From Trypanosoma brucei (lineage: Eukaryota), in assembly GCA_000002445.1 (NCBI GenBank), contig CP000071.1, forward strand, positions 1,344,001 through 1,408,000: DNA of 64,000 nt, given 5' to 3'. The first letter of the stretch is position 1; every line of letters begins with the position of its first letter. Positions 45,086 through 56,200 of the stretch are shown in pieces. The notes beneath the pieces are model-generated. The model was given only the letters and a program-made list of their open reading frames with translations, did not search any database and was not told the origin of the DNA. A program made the position numbers and the translations under genes.

Positions 45086-46462
45086 TTACACAGCCACATT
45101 GTAGATTGAGGCAGCCGTACCAAACACCACAGCGATCACTCCCGATATAAGGAGGAGGTACGTACACACGTAATTTACCACACCCACCTGAGAAATGCCC
45201 CAGTTACCACAGTACATCCGGTACAATGCGGGAATGCAGAAACCAAGGACACCACCGCAGAAACTTCCCAAAAGACCAAATACGGTATTCAGGTCGGGAA
45301 TGAAGAGGCCAAGGAGCAGAGCGCATAGAGCCATGCAACCGCAAAACAGGCAGTTCTTCCATGTTTCAAGTGTGTTCAAATCCCACCCAATGATGTAATA
45401 GCAGCAATCACGGGCTGGTTGCATGCATAGTGAAAACCCAACACAGATCTTCAGCAACATGCCCGCAAACGCAATTGCCATCATCACGTCACCCTTCACG
45501 TCATAAATCTCAAAGACAGTTTCTACGGATTTGTTCCCAACATCCGTATAACCGAAGAAACCCGCAATGATGTACACCACACAACACATACTCATGGAAT
45601 ACGTTGTGTGGAGTGTCATGCGCCTTGCGCTCGGTTTGCGCATCTCCGAGTAAATGGAAAAACAGTTCATATGGCACAGGTATGAAAACATGAAGATTGA
45701 CAATCCCTCAATCGCCCTGTTCCCAGATTTAAACATCTCAACATCCTCGGGAAGTTTCCCATCCTTTAATCCATTTTTCGCGGAGTGCACAACAATGCAG
45801 ATGACAAAATAAAAAACGAATAGCACAGCGATAGCGGAAGCGTAACGTAGTGAGTTGATTTCCTTGGGTAACGAGAGTGAAAACATTCCAACAAACCATA
45901 TGATAGACGTGATCACGCGATTGCCCGTCTTTCCCTGAAAGAACTCCAATGCAGAGGACCCAGATAGCACAGAGTCCACAAGGTAACCGGTAGCAATTAC
46001 ATAACTCACGCACGTCCCAAAGGTGAACAACCACGAGACCGATATAGTGAAGTAATCCCACCCGGGTCCAAAAAGGTTCCTCGAGAGATCCGCATATGAG
46101 TTGTACCCTGTCATTTCTACTGCCTGCATCATCAGCCCAACGGAGTATATAGTCAACACAGTTACAGTAATTAGAATGAGGATTGATGGAATCACACCAC
46201 TCATCTGAAAAGCGATAGCGAGACTTATGACTCCAGCCCCCAATGTGGCACTCCCAAGGTTAAACGTTGTCGAAAGGGCACCACCATGGGGAATGATTGC
46301 ATTTATACATTGCATGAATTTGGAGTCTGTTGTCAGAGTGTTACCATTCTTGTGATGACTTTTCTCGTCTGCCGCTGACATCGCGCCGTATCCCTCACCC
46401 TCATCGGTAACAACCTCCGTGTGGGCCTTTCCAGAGCCCAATGCTTCTGTAGGGCTCAGCAT
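45086..46462 (-). CDS. Amino-acid transporter, AAAP family (458 aa), array copy 4, variant B.
   Basis: Identical protein to copy 2. Confidence 0.9.
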   Translation of the reverse strand: MLSPTEALGSGKAHTEVVTDEGEGYGAMSAADEKSHHKNGNTLTTDSKFMQCINAIIPHGGALSTTFNLGSATLGAGVISLAIAFQMSGVIPSILILITVTVLTIYSVGLMMQAVEMTGYNSYADLSRNLFGPGWDYFTISVSWLFTFGTCVSYVIATGYLVDSVLSGSSALEFFQGKTGNRVITSIIWFVGMFSLSLPKEINSLRYASAIAVLFVFYFVICIVVHSAKNGLKDGKLPEDVEMFKSGNRAIEGLSIFMFSYLCHMNCFSIYSEMRKPSARRMTLHTTYSMSMCCVVYIIAGFFGYTDVGNKSVETVFEIYDVKGDVMMAIAFAGMLLKICVGFSLCMQPARDCCYYIIGWDLNTLETWKNCLFCGCMALCALLLGLFIPDLNTVFGLLGSFCGGVLGFCIPALYRMYCGNWGISQVGVVNYVCTYLLLISGVIAVVFGTAASIYNVAV

Positions 46463-48067
46463 ATTTAAGAGGTGGGTTTGCTGCGTGTGTACGTTTGTGT
46501 GTGTGTGTGTGTGCTGCTTGATAGCTTGATGACTGAAAAGGGAAAGAAAAGAAGCGAGCTAATTCGTACAACGGAAGTAAAGACTGCCAAACACATGAAT
46601 ACACAAGTACCAAGAGTTCTTGCACACCCAGACAAGAATCTACTAAACTCACGGGCATAGCTACTTGCATATCGAAAAAAGCACCACGTTATTTGAAGGG
46701 GCATTCAACTCATGGCGACAAAGGAAGACACAAGAAGGTGGTTTCTACGTGCACCAGACAAGTGTCAAACATGACGCACAAATCGCAGCATCATCAGAGA
46801 ATGAAACACAACGTGTGTCACACACTGCTTCTGCTTACCCCGACAGAAAACAAAAGCGGATAACAAATACAACAAAAAAGGAAGGGAACTAAACAAAAAT
46901 AAAGGAGCACATTGGAGCGACACGAACGCTGGAGTAACGTATTGTTGGCTTGGCGATTGATAAAACGCGTAACCAACCCTTCACTTAACCCTGTGGGAAC
47001 ATGTTGTACAAAGGTAGAACATCTTCCAGAGTACGTGTTAGGTTACACGTGACACCAACTCCATCCAGCAATCAACATTCATTCGTGTGGCAGACAGAAG
47101 TTGATACACACATGTTTTCTGTGAGGAATAGAAACATGAGTATATATAGATAATGCTTTACGCCACGGCTTCGCAATGGAAAACAAAATAACAAATGAGA
47201 AAGCATCCTTCCTTGGCCCTCCCCTCTACCTGCGAACCCAAAAACAGGGAACTGCCTGATGGAGACATAGCGCAAAGTAAAAAATAAAAATCGTAGCAAA
47301 AAGGGAGAAACACTCCAGTAGCGGCCCACGAAGATGTAGTGCAACACAAGGAAGCCACTTTGTGTCACACAATGCTGAGGAAAGAGATATACGCTAAAAG
47401 TTCTTTTTAAAAGTTCTAAAAAATAAAATATATAGATATATATATGCCTCCGCTAAACCAACAAAATAATAATCAAGAATATTTTCCCATTTCGTCTTAT
47501 TTTTTTTTTCTGTCTCATAGTTATGCATCACTCACAGCACCTGCCGCCACCATCCCTACCGTAAATAAACACGAGGAATTAACCTCTCCGCCACAGGGAT
47601 TTTGTTAAGAGGAAGGAGCCACTTTACGCAGGTCAGAGAAAACAAGGTATGAATCCATAAATACATAACTCTGTATGATAGAGGTGGGCACGCCGTTGCA
47701 AAGTGGGCATTAGCTCCTCGTTAACACGGAAACAAACTTATTAAAAAAGAAAACGTTAACGGTGTAAGCAAATTTTCCCCGCTTACACAAACATATTCAC
47801 CCAACACTGAACACAGTAAAAAGAAGAAAAGAAGAGGCACCTCAAATAAATATGCTTATATACCTATACGTAACACCTAACAGTTGCATTTTGTCTACTC
47901 TTACACCACACTAAAGGTCATGCAACTGCTTATCATGCATGACACAAACACATGGAAAAAACAACACAGTAGAAAAAAATTTAAAAATTACCATCACACG
48001 ACAGAGTTTGCCTGATTATTGCCGTCACTTGCTGCATGCTCCCACTCTAACAAAGGGCCAATGTTGA

Positions 48068-49444
48068 TTACACAGCCACATTGTAGATTGAGGCAGCCGT
48101 ACCAAACACCACAGCGATCACTCCCGATATAAGGAGGAGGTACGTACACACGTAATTTACCACACCCACCTGAGAAATGCCCCAGTTACCACAGTACATC
48201 CGGTACAATGCGGGAATGCAGAAACCAAGGACACCACCGCAGAAACTTCCCAAAAGACCAAATACGGTATTCAGGTCGGGAATGAAGAGGCCAAGGAGCA
48301 GAGCGCATAGAGCCATGCAACCGCAAAACAGGCAGTTCTTCCATGTTTCAAGTGTGTTCAAATCCCACCCAATGATGTAATAGCAGCAATCACGGGCTGG
48401 TTGCATGCATAGTGAAAACCCAACACAGATCTTCAGCAACATGCCCGCAAACGCAATTGCCATCATCACGTCACCCTTCACGTCATAAATCTCAAAGACA
48501 GTTTCTACAGATTTGTTCCCAACATCCGTATAACCGAAGAAACCCGCAATGATGTACACCACACAACACATACTCATGGAATACGTTGTGTGGAGTGTCA
48601 TGCGCCTTGCGCTCGGTTTGCGCATCTCCGAGTAAATGGAAAAACAGTTCATATGGCACAGGTATGAAAACATGAAGATTGACAATCCCTCAATCGCCCT
48701 GTTCCCAGATTTAAACATCTCAACATCCTCGGGAAGTTTCCCATCCTTTAATCCATTTTTCGCGGAGTGCACAACAATGCAGATGACAAAATAAAAAACG
48801 AATAGCACAGCGATAGCGGAAGCGTAACGTAGTGAGTTGATTTCCTTGGGTAACGAGAGTGAAAACATTCCAACAAACCATATGATAGACGTGATCACGC
48901 GATTGCCCGTCTTTCCCTGAAAGAACTCCAATGTAGTGCACCCAGAAGCAACAGAGCCGACAAGGTAACCGGTAGCAATTACATAACTCACGCACGTCCC
49001 AAAGGTGAACAACCACGAGACCGATATAGTGAAGTAATCCCACCCGGGTCCAAAAAGGTTCCTCGAGAGATCCGTGTATGAGTTGTACCCTGTCATTTCT
49101 ACTGCCTGCATCATCAGCCCAACGGAGTATATAGTCAACACAGTTACAGTAATTAGAATGAGGATTGATGGGATCACACCACTCATCTGAAAAGCGATAG
49201 CGAGACTTATGACTCCAGCCCCCAATGTGGCACTCCCAAGGTTAAACGTTGTCGAAAGGGCACCACCATGGGGAATGATTGCATTTATACATTGCATGAA
49301 TTTGGAGTCTGTTGTCGGAGTGTCACCATTCTTGTGATGACTTTTCTCGTCTGCCGCTGACATCGCGCCGTATCCCTCACCCTCATCGGTAACAACCTCC
49401 GTGTGGGCCTTTCCAGAGCCTAATGGTTCTGTAGGGCTCAGCAT
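48068..49444 (-). CDS. Amino-acid transporter, AAAP family (458 aa), array copy 5, variant A (identical protein to copy 1).
   Basis: Direct comparison. The GSVASGCTT patch and T124 are shared with copy 1. Confidence 0.9.
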   Translation of the reverse strand: MLSPTEPLGSGKAHTEVVTDEGEGYGAMSAADEKSHHKNGDTPTTDSKFMQCINAIIPHGGALSTTFNLGSATLGAGVISLAIAFQMSGVIPSILILITVTVLTIYSVGLMMQAVEMTGYNSYTDLSRNLFGPGWDYFTISVSWLFTFGTCVSYVIATGYLVGSVASGCTTLEFFQGKTGNRVITSIIWFVGMFSLSLPKEINSLRYASAIAVLFVFYFVICIVVHSAKNGLKDGKLPEDVEMFKSGNRAIEGLSIFMFSYLCHMNCFSIYSEMRKPSARRMTLHTTYSMSMCCVVYIIAGFFGYTDVGNKSVETVFEIYDVKGDVMMAIAFAGMLLKICVGFSLCMQPARDCCYYIIGWDLNTLETWKNCLFCGCMALCALLLGLFIPDLNTVFGLLGSFCGGVLGFCIPALYRMYCGNWGISQVGVVNYVCTYLLLISGVIAVVFGTAASIYNVAV

Positions 49445-51049
49445 ATTTAAGAGGTGGGTTTGCTGCGTGTGTACGTTTGTGTGTGTGTGTGTGTGCTGCT
49501 TGATAGCTTGATGACTGAAAAGGGAAAGAAAAGAAGCGAGCTAATTCGTACAACGGAAGTAAAGACTGCCAAACACATGAATACACAAGTACCAAGAGTT
49601 CTTGCACACCCAGACAAGAATCTACTAAACTCACGGGCATAGCTACTTGCATATCGAAAAAAGCACCACGTTATTTGAAGGGGCATTCAACTCATGGCGA
49701 CAAAGGAAGACACAAGAAGGTGGTTTCTACGTGCACCAGACAAGTGTCAAACATGACGCACAAATCGCAGCATCATCAGAGAATGAAACACAACGTGTGT
49801 CACACACTGCTTCTGCTTACCCCGACAGAAAACAAAAGCGGATAACAAATACAACAAAAAAGGAAGGGAACTAAACAAAAATAAAGGAGCACATTGGAGC
49901 GACACGAACGCTGGAGTAACGTATTGTTGGCTTGGCGATTGATAAAACGCGTAACCAACCCTTCACTTAACCCTGTGGGAACATGTTGTACAAAGGTAGA
50001 ACATCTTCCAGAGTACGTGTTAGGTTACACGTGACACCAACTCCATCCAGCAATCAACATTCATTCGTGTGGCAGACAGAAGTTGATACACACATGTTTT
50101 CTGTGAGGAATAGAAACATGAGTATATATAGATAATGCTTTACGCCACGGCTTCGCAATGGAAAACAAAATAACAAATGAGAAAGCATCCTTCCTTGGCC
50201 CTCCCCTCTACCTGCGAACCCAAAAACAGGGAACTGCCTGATGGAGACATAGCGCAAAGTAAAAAATAAAAATCGTAGCAAAAAGGGAGAAACACTCCAG
50301 TAGCGGCCCACGAAGATGTAGTGCAACACAAGGAAGCCACTTTGTGTCACACAATGCTGAGGAAAGAGATATACGCTAAAAGTTCTTTTTAAAAGTTCTA
50401 AAAAATAAAATATATAGATATATATATGCCTCCGCTAAACCAACAAAATAATAATCAAGAATATTTTCCCATTTCGTCTTATTTTTTTTTTCTGTCTCAT
50501 AGTTATGCATCACTCACAGCACCTGCCGCCACCATCCCTACCGTAAATAAACACGAGGAATTAACCTCTCCGCCACAGGGATTTTGTTAAGAGGGAGGAG
50601 CCACTTTACGCAGGTCAGAGAAAACAAGGTATGAATCCATAAATACATAACTCTGTATGATAGAGGTGGGCACGCCGTTGCAAAGTGGGCATTAGCTCCT
50701 CGTTAACACGGAAACAAACTTATCAAAAAAGAAAACGTTAACGGTGTAAGCAAATTTTCCCCGCTTACACAAACATATTCACCCAACACTGAACACAGTA
50801 AAAAGAAGAAAAGAAGAGGCACCTCAAATAAATATGCTTATATACCTATACGTAACACCTAACAGTTGCATTTTGTCTACTCTTACACCACACTAAAGGT
50901 CATGCAACTGCTTATCATGCATGACACAAACACATGGAAAAAATAACACAGTAGAAAAAAATTTAAAAATTACCATCACACGACAGAGTTTGCCTGATTA
51001 TTGCCGTCACTTGCTGCATGCTCCCACTCTAACAAAGGGCCAATGTTGA

Positions 51050-51166
51050 TTACACAGCCACATTGTAGATTGAGGCAGCCGTACCAAACACCACAGCGAT
51101 CACTCCCGATATAAGGAGGAGGTACGTGCACACGTAATTTACCACACCCACCTGAGAAATGCCCCA
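51050..51166 (-). pseudogene. Truncated amino-acid transporter fragment: only the last ~38 codons plus the stop codon of a sixth array unit.
   Basis: 51044-51166 matches the 3' end of the AAT coding sequence (stop at 51050-51052) with one SNP (gtacgtGcacacg). Homology stops dead at 51166 and the sequence then switches to unrelated G/T-rich DNA. Confidence 0.85.
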
Positions 51167-51620
51167 TTTTTATATATACGTTGTGGTGTCCAGATGAATT
51201 GCTTTTCCTTCGATATATTTGTTGTTAGTACATTTTTAAATAGCTGTATTGTTGTTTCTGGTTTATTCTTTTTCTTCATTTTACTTTTTTTCTGTTCATT
51301 GTCTTTTTTTGTTTGTTGTTACGTGGATGTTTAATAGTCGATATGAGTTCGTATTCGTTAAATATATTTTTAGTGTTTCACTGCTGATTATTTTTATCTT
51401 TTTGTGTGTTGTTTTGTTTTCTGTGTATGGGTTTTTATTTACACATGCCGTTCATGGTGTTTTTTCCCGGTCCTTCTACCTATTTTTGGGACGAACACGA
51501 ATGTGTTAGGTGCTTTGAAGTGACGCCTCGGTTACTGATTTCCTCGTACATGCGTTGTAGAAGGGGTGTTGCTCGTTTTTCGTTTCGCTGGTTGTGAAGA
51601 AGTTGAGTTGGTGTAGTGAG
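51167..51620. other. Unique G/T-rich (A/C-poor on +) low-complexity segment immediately flanking the array breakpoint.
   Basis: Direct reading: long runs of t and g with few a/c (tttgttgttagtacatttttaaatagctgtattgttgtttctggtttattc...). Composition is the mirror of the A/C-rich flank at 35.5-36.1 kb on the other side of the array. Confidence 0.6.
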
Positions 51621-52416
51621 GCATCACCGCGCTCTTGTGGTACGATCCTCAAATGAGAATACGTGCACACCGTTAATTCTGTTTCAAATTCTTCTGATCA
51701 AGTCTCATTGTTATTTGTCATACCGAACGCCGGGTCACGTATAATTCTCGTGATTCATTACAAACAGTCTCGTCATATAACGAGGTCATAGTGGATATCA
51801 GCACGATTCTGTAAACAGATGTGGCACCTATCATAAGGGAGAATGTTACCGCCACAACTGAATTGTGTGGCGACATTTTCGATGGGAATCGGTAACGTCG
51901 TTCAGGCACCTTGCTGGGTGCGATACAGTAACGGTAGGAAGAATCTAGACTACCGTCACGTCCTGTATAGTGTCACCCGAAGTGACAATAAAAAGAAAGA
52001 CAACAGAGAATTTCGTCACCACCAAAATTTCCAGTGGAGCGAAAACGAAGCACACCACTCGTTAGCCGGAATAAAGAGACCCCGAAAGACAAGTCACTCT
52101 ACTCTAATAGGTGCCGCAGTCCGCGAAGCAAGGCTTCCTTGCATAAGCATTTTATGTATCCCTACCTTCATCATCACTTTTAATTTCCAAATAAATGCGA
52201 TAATTTTTATTTTCTTGTTTCAAAAAAGAGGAAGCATGTGTGGAAGTGGGAAAGTGCAGGTAGACTATTAGCGCTACACAATCGTGAGAGGAAGAGACGC
52301 AGGCAGTGTGTAAGAGCGGGGCCACACAGTGTTATAGGTGTCACAGCATTTAAGTATGGGCACGCATATGCCAGCGTGTGCCTGTATATAGTAGTGCATG
52401 TGAGGCACTGGTTTTC

Positions 52417-53214
52417 CTACCTTTGTCCTCCTTTTAAATACCATTCCAAGACTGAGCTAGCTGCTTTCGGAAGAGATCGACCCCACCGTACAGGCAACCC
52501 CATCAAGAAGCAAGAAAGGACTGCGGAATCTCTTATAGCAACAATAGTTCCATTTTCACAATGTACCAACTCACAAAAACCATCGGAAAACCGGAATTCT
52601 ATGAATGCTCCTTCTACGCGGAAGGAGGATAAAAAGCACAAACGTGACTGATCATTACAAGCTGATGTCTCATGGAAACTAACAGCATTTACCCCCATCA
52701 CTTCCGCAACTTCGCCAGCCCATGGAAACCTACGCTCTATGTCAGATCTCGACAACACGATCGATTTTTCAATGCAAGAATTCGAATCAATAAAGTAACT
52801 TGGAAGATCGTCACGAGTAGATATAAGAAGGTTGGCGCCATCGATGAAATGGCACCCAAGAATGTCTCGATGGATCTGGTAGCAAAGTGCAATTGCTCTA
52901 GAGCTCTCACTCTCACTCCAGTAGACAGTAGGCCTCATTACCTTGCTCACCAGTGCAGTGAAAGGAGTAAGCCCCATTTTACCGCCACAGCGCAGACACA
53001 CATCTTTTCCGCTCTTTGAGCAATGGAAAAAGGGACCCTCGGAGTACTCCATAAAACAAATATCACAAACGTAGCCATTTTGGTATTCGGGCTCATGATC
53101 TATTGGAAGCACTTCAAAATACCTAAAAGTGCACTTATTTTTGTCCTTCATCGTCCCTCCAATAGTCAAAAAAGAAGAAGTAATGACATAAAGTGTAAAT
53201 AATACGCACCTCAT
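52417..53214 (-). CDS. Hypothetical protein (265 aa) with a hydrophobic N-terminus (possible signal/anchor) and a Cys/His zinc-finger-like cluster (CDICFMEYSEGPFFHCSKSGKDVCLRCGG).
   Basis: ATG verified at 53214 (MRCVLFTLYVITSSFLTIGG). Alternative ATG at 53151 (MKDKNKC). Non-repetitive composition on the PTU strand. Confidence 0.5.
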   Translation of the reverse strand: MRCVLFTLYVITSSFLTIGGTMKDKNKCTFRYFEVLPIDHEPEYQNGYVCDICFMEYSEGPFFHCSKSGKDVCLRCGGKMGLTPFTALVSKVMRPTVYWSESESSRAIALCYQIHRDILGCHFIDGANLLISTRDDLPSYFIDSNSCIEKSIVLSRSDIERRFPWAGEVAEVMGVNAVSFHETSACNDQSRLCFLSSFRVEGAFIEFRFSDGFCELVHCENGTIVAIRDSAVLSCFLMGLPVRWGRSLPKAASSVLEWYLKGGQR

Positions 53215-56200
53215 TCAGTGGTTAGTGGTGGCAGTTCAAACTCAGACAATGAAAATACACGTGCCCGTGGTAGAGAAATTTCTGAGACTGTATACATGCA
53301 TACAGAAATGAATAGACATGTCTATGTCCATGCAACCCCAGTAGTTCGCGACATTGAACACACAAGCACACTGAGTTTCATAACCAATGCTTCCCTGTCG
53401 TTGCGATAAGGGCTTCAATTCACTCTCGTAAGCGAAGCCCCTGTGTCAGACGCGCGGTAAACAGCCACAGGTATGAAGAGACTTTCTTCTCCCTAACACA
53501 ACGCGGGTAACCAACCTCAACTTTATTCTTTAAAAGCTAAATCACTTGTACACCGCAAGGGAAAACAACTCGCCACCAACATGAATACAGCTTTGTGACA
53601 TCAAGGGGTCGGAAAGCTGAAATACTTGGCCCACATTAAAGTTAAACGATCAACATACGTACGAACAACCATACATATACACTTACATGTGCAGAAAGCT
53701 GAGAAAGACGTAGACTCTTCAGATATGGAAATACTGAAGACGACGTAAGAGCGACAACAACGGATAAAGAAAGATCCCTTCTTCACAACCGCAACAGTGG
53801 CAACCAAACGGTTCGTTAAATTTTTATTCGTGATCGCAGAGTGAACAAACCATGGTTGCCCACTAACAAATATAGCAGTATCAATAACAACAACAGTCCT
53901 GACAGCCGACGCTGATACTTCCACATCCATCACAACACTAAGCACACTGGACGTACCCTAACAGTCCCTACGGGCACGTTGTCATAAAACGAGGGCCCCG
54001 GTGCTACGAGCAATAGAATACGCAAAGGTCAAAACATCAGACCCATTTCCAGCCTTTGTTTATCTGTACCTTCTGATTTTATTTATTAAGAGTGATTTTA
54101 TTGCAAAAAAAACAGGAGAAGGGGGTCGTGCTTGGGTGTCAGTGCTATGCAATGTCAAATACCTACCATGGAATCGACGTTTTCACGTGCTTCCATGTTC
54201 ATTTGTACATGCCCCTTCAATGGGGGAAAGTGGACATTCTCTCATCTCTCCTCCCCTGAGCAGGTTAAATAAAATTAAAAGCCGCTCCACGTCAATTGGG
54301 GGGGGGCACTTGGTTAAAACAAACAACTATAACCGGCTGCCTGGAGAGGAGGTTCAGCTGTGTGCGCAGCGTGGCGCGAACCATCAACTGAGTCCCTCCC
54401 CTAGGGACACGAAAAATGCAAAAGAAAACACTTAGTGGTTGCCCTTAACTCGCCTCAGAATGGTGGCAGGCTTGTCATGAAGAGTCATTCCACAGAGACT
54501 CTTTGACAGAGGGGATACGTAAGTCAATAGTGGCAAAGACATATTTGAACTAAGATGTAGTAATGTTGATTATCTTGCGTTTGTAGAGGAGTGACTGTCA
54601 AGCTTAGCGGTAAAGTGCATGAGTAGAGAGGAACATTCACAACTATTCCATTCACACTCCACCACGTGGTTCGAGATGGAGCGGTAAGTCACTGCATATC
54701 CCCCTCCTTTCTGTGGGATATACTGACGAAGAGGAACCTAACGATCGGTGACAATGGAAAAAAACAAAGGAAAGGCACACAAACTTTTCCTTTTCATTGA
54801 CAATCACCCCTTCATTCTTACTAATACCTCATTCGAGGAAGAGGACGAAACTGATCAATTTTTTTGTTTGCTAAAAGCGAAAAAAAAAACATTGTTCTTT
54901 TTTTTTTGAGTGTTTTTGCACAGCTCCTCGAGGTGCCTTGAGCGCATATACTTCAGCACAAACACTTAATTGCAAAATGAAAAAGTTAAACCTTGGACTC
55001 TGCCAAACGCGTGTGTGCATATAATTACAAAAATAACGCACGCAAAACACTTTGTTTTCAATGTAGTGGCGGGGTGCGCAGTCAATCCGGGGTGATGCGT
55101 ACGTTGCGACCGCGTTGCGCAGCATAAGTGGGGGGAGCACTCGCAGCACTCGAGGCTGTCTTATCGCACTAATAGTCACCGTGTTTCGTAGTGGGGGGAA
55201 CCAGAAAGCAACATGTCTAGCACCGGACTTCGTACTGAACACTGCGGCCTCAACAACGAAGGGGGGAATGATAATAATACATAAAAGAAGTAATAAGGAA
55301 ACTCCGCCGCCCCTACACACGAAAAGAGAATTTATTTATTTATTTTTATGCGCACCGGAGGTACTCCCACACCCAGATCAACGACGACGGCGAGACTCGG
55401 AGCAACCCTAACCACCCTTCCCACTCAAAACACCACTAACGGTCCCGTCCCGTTCGCGCACGGTGCGAAATAGGGTGGACGCCTCATCCCAGAACAATGT
55501 CGAGGAAAGCAAAACAACGTTGGAAACGCCGAGCTTACATCACCTATGAACACCGCCGCAGGATGGAACCCAACGAAGGAAAACAGCGACCCCCCATAAC
55601 GGCAGCAGACCCGCAATAGCCCAACAACTGCAAATCGTAAACACCGGCTGAATCAGGCACCGGACGCCTCTCCATCCGCCCCTTGGCGAAGGTATATCGT
55701 GGGGGGGCTACTGTGGCATGCCGCCGTGGCACACGAAGACCGATGAAACGGCAGAACGGTGGGGAGGATTGGGAGCAGCGTCGTCCCACCGACGCGGAAA
55801 AGAAAGGACCTTCGTCCTCTCTCTGAAGCGCTGAGGGCTACGGAAGAAACAAAATGGCCCTCAAGCGCGACCCGTAGTGCTCGCCAAAGGGGAAACGGAG
55901 AAGTAAAGGGGACCCCTCAACAGCCTACAAAGCGAAGCCCCATAGGGTTCCACCTCGTTGCCCCTATGGACAACGGGAAGGGAGAACCCGTGGACCGCGT
56001 CCACAGGAAAATTGGAGAGGGCAAAAGGGAAACAGCGCCACCGAACTCGAGACCGGAAACGCCATCCACTAGCAGCCGCCTTGGCCTAAAGTCTGGCCGC
56101 GCTGCCCCACACCGGAGGCACACGCAGACATACATTTTCAAAAGCGCCTGCTTTGACATACCTCTCCGAAACGAACGTGGAGAACCAGCACCATGCACGA

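Larger units (their letters stand above)
36112..51166 (-). repeat. Head-to-tail tandem array of an amino-acid transporter gene unit (~2982-2997 bp period): five complete units plus a 117-bp fragment of a sixth, ending at an abrupt breakpoint.
   Basis: Stop codons of successive copies fall at 36123, 39120, 42103, 45086, 48068 and 51050, giving spacings of 2997, 2983, 2983, 2982 and 2982. Unit homology begins at ggccaatgttgattacacagcc (~36112) and ends after ...gagaaatgcccca at 51166. Units are >98% identical with a mosaic SNP pattern. Confidence 0.95.

Noticed and set aside
36112-51166. CRISPR-like or satellite interpretation of the regular ~3 kb periodicity.
   Set aside because: Each period contains a complete 458-codon transporter gene plus a 1.6 kb spacer. 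This is a eukaryotic tandem gene array, not a short-repeat/spacer structure.
51843-52271. 142-aa plus-strand ORF between the array breakpoint and the next gene.
   Set aside because: Wrong strand for this unit, no recognisable features, spans mixed-composition DNA. Treated as chance.
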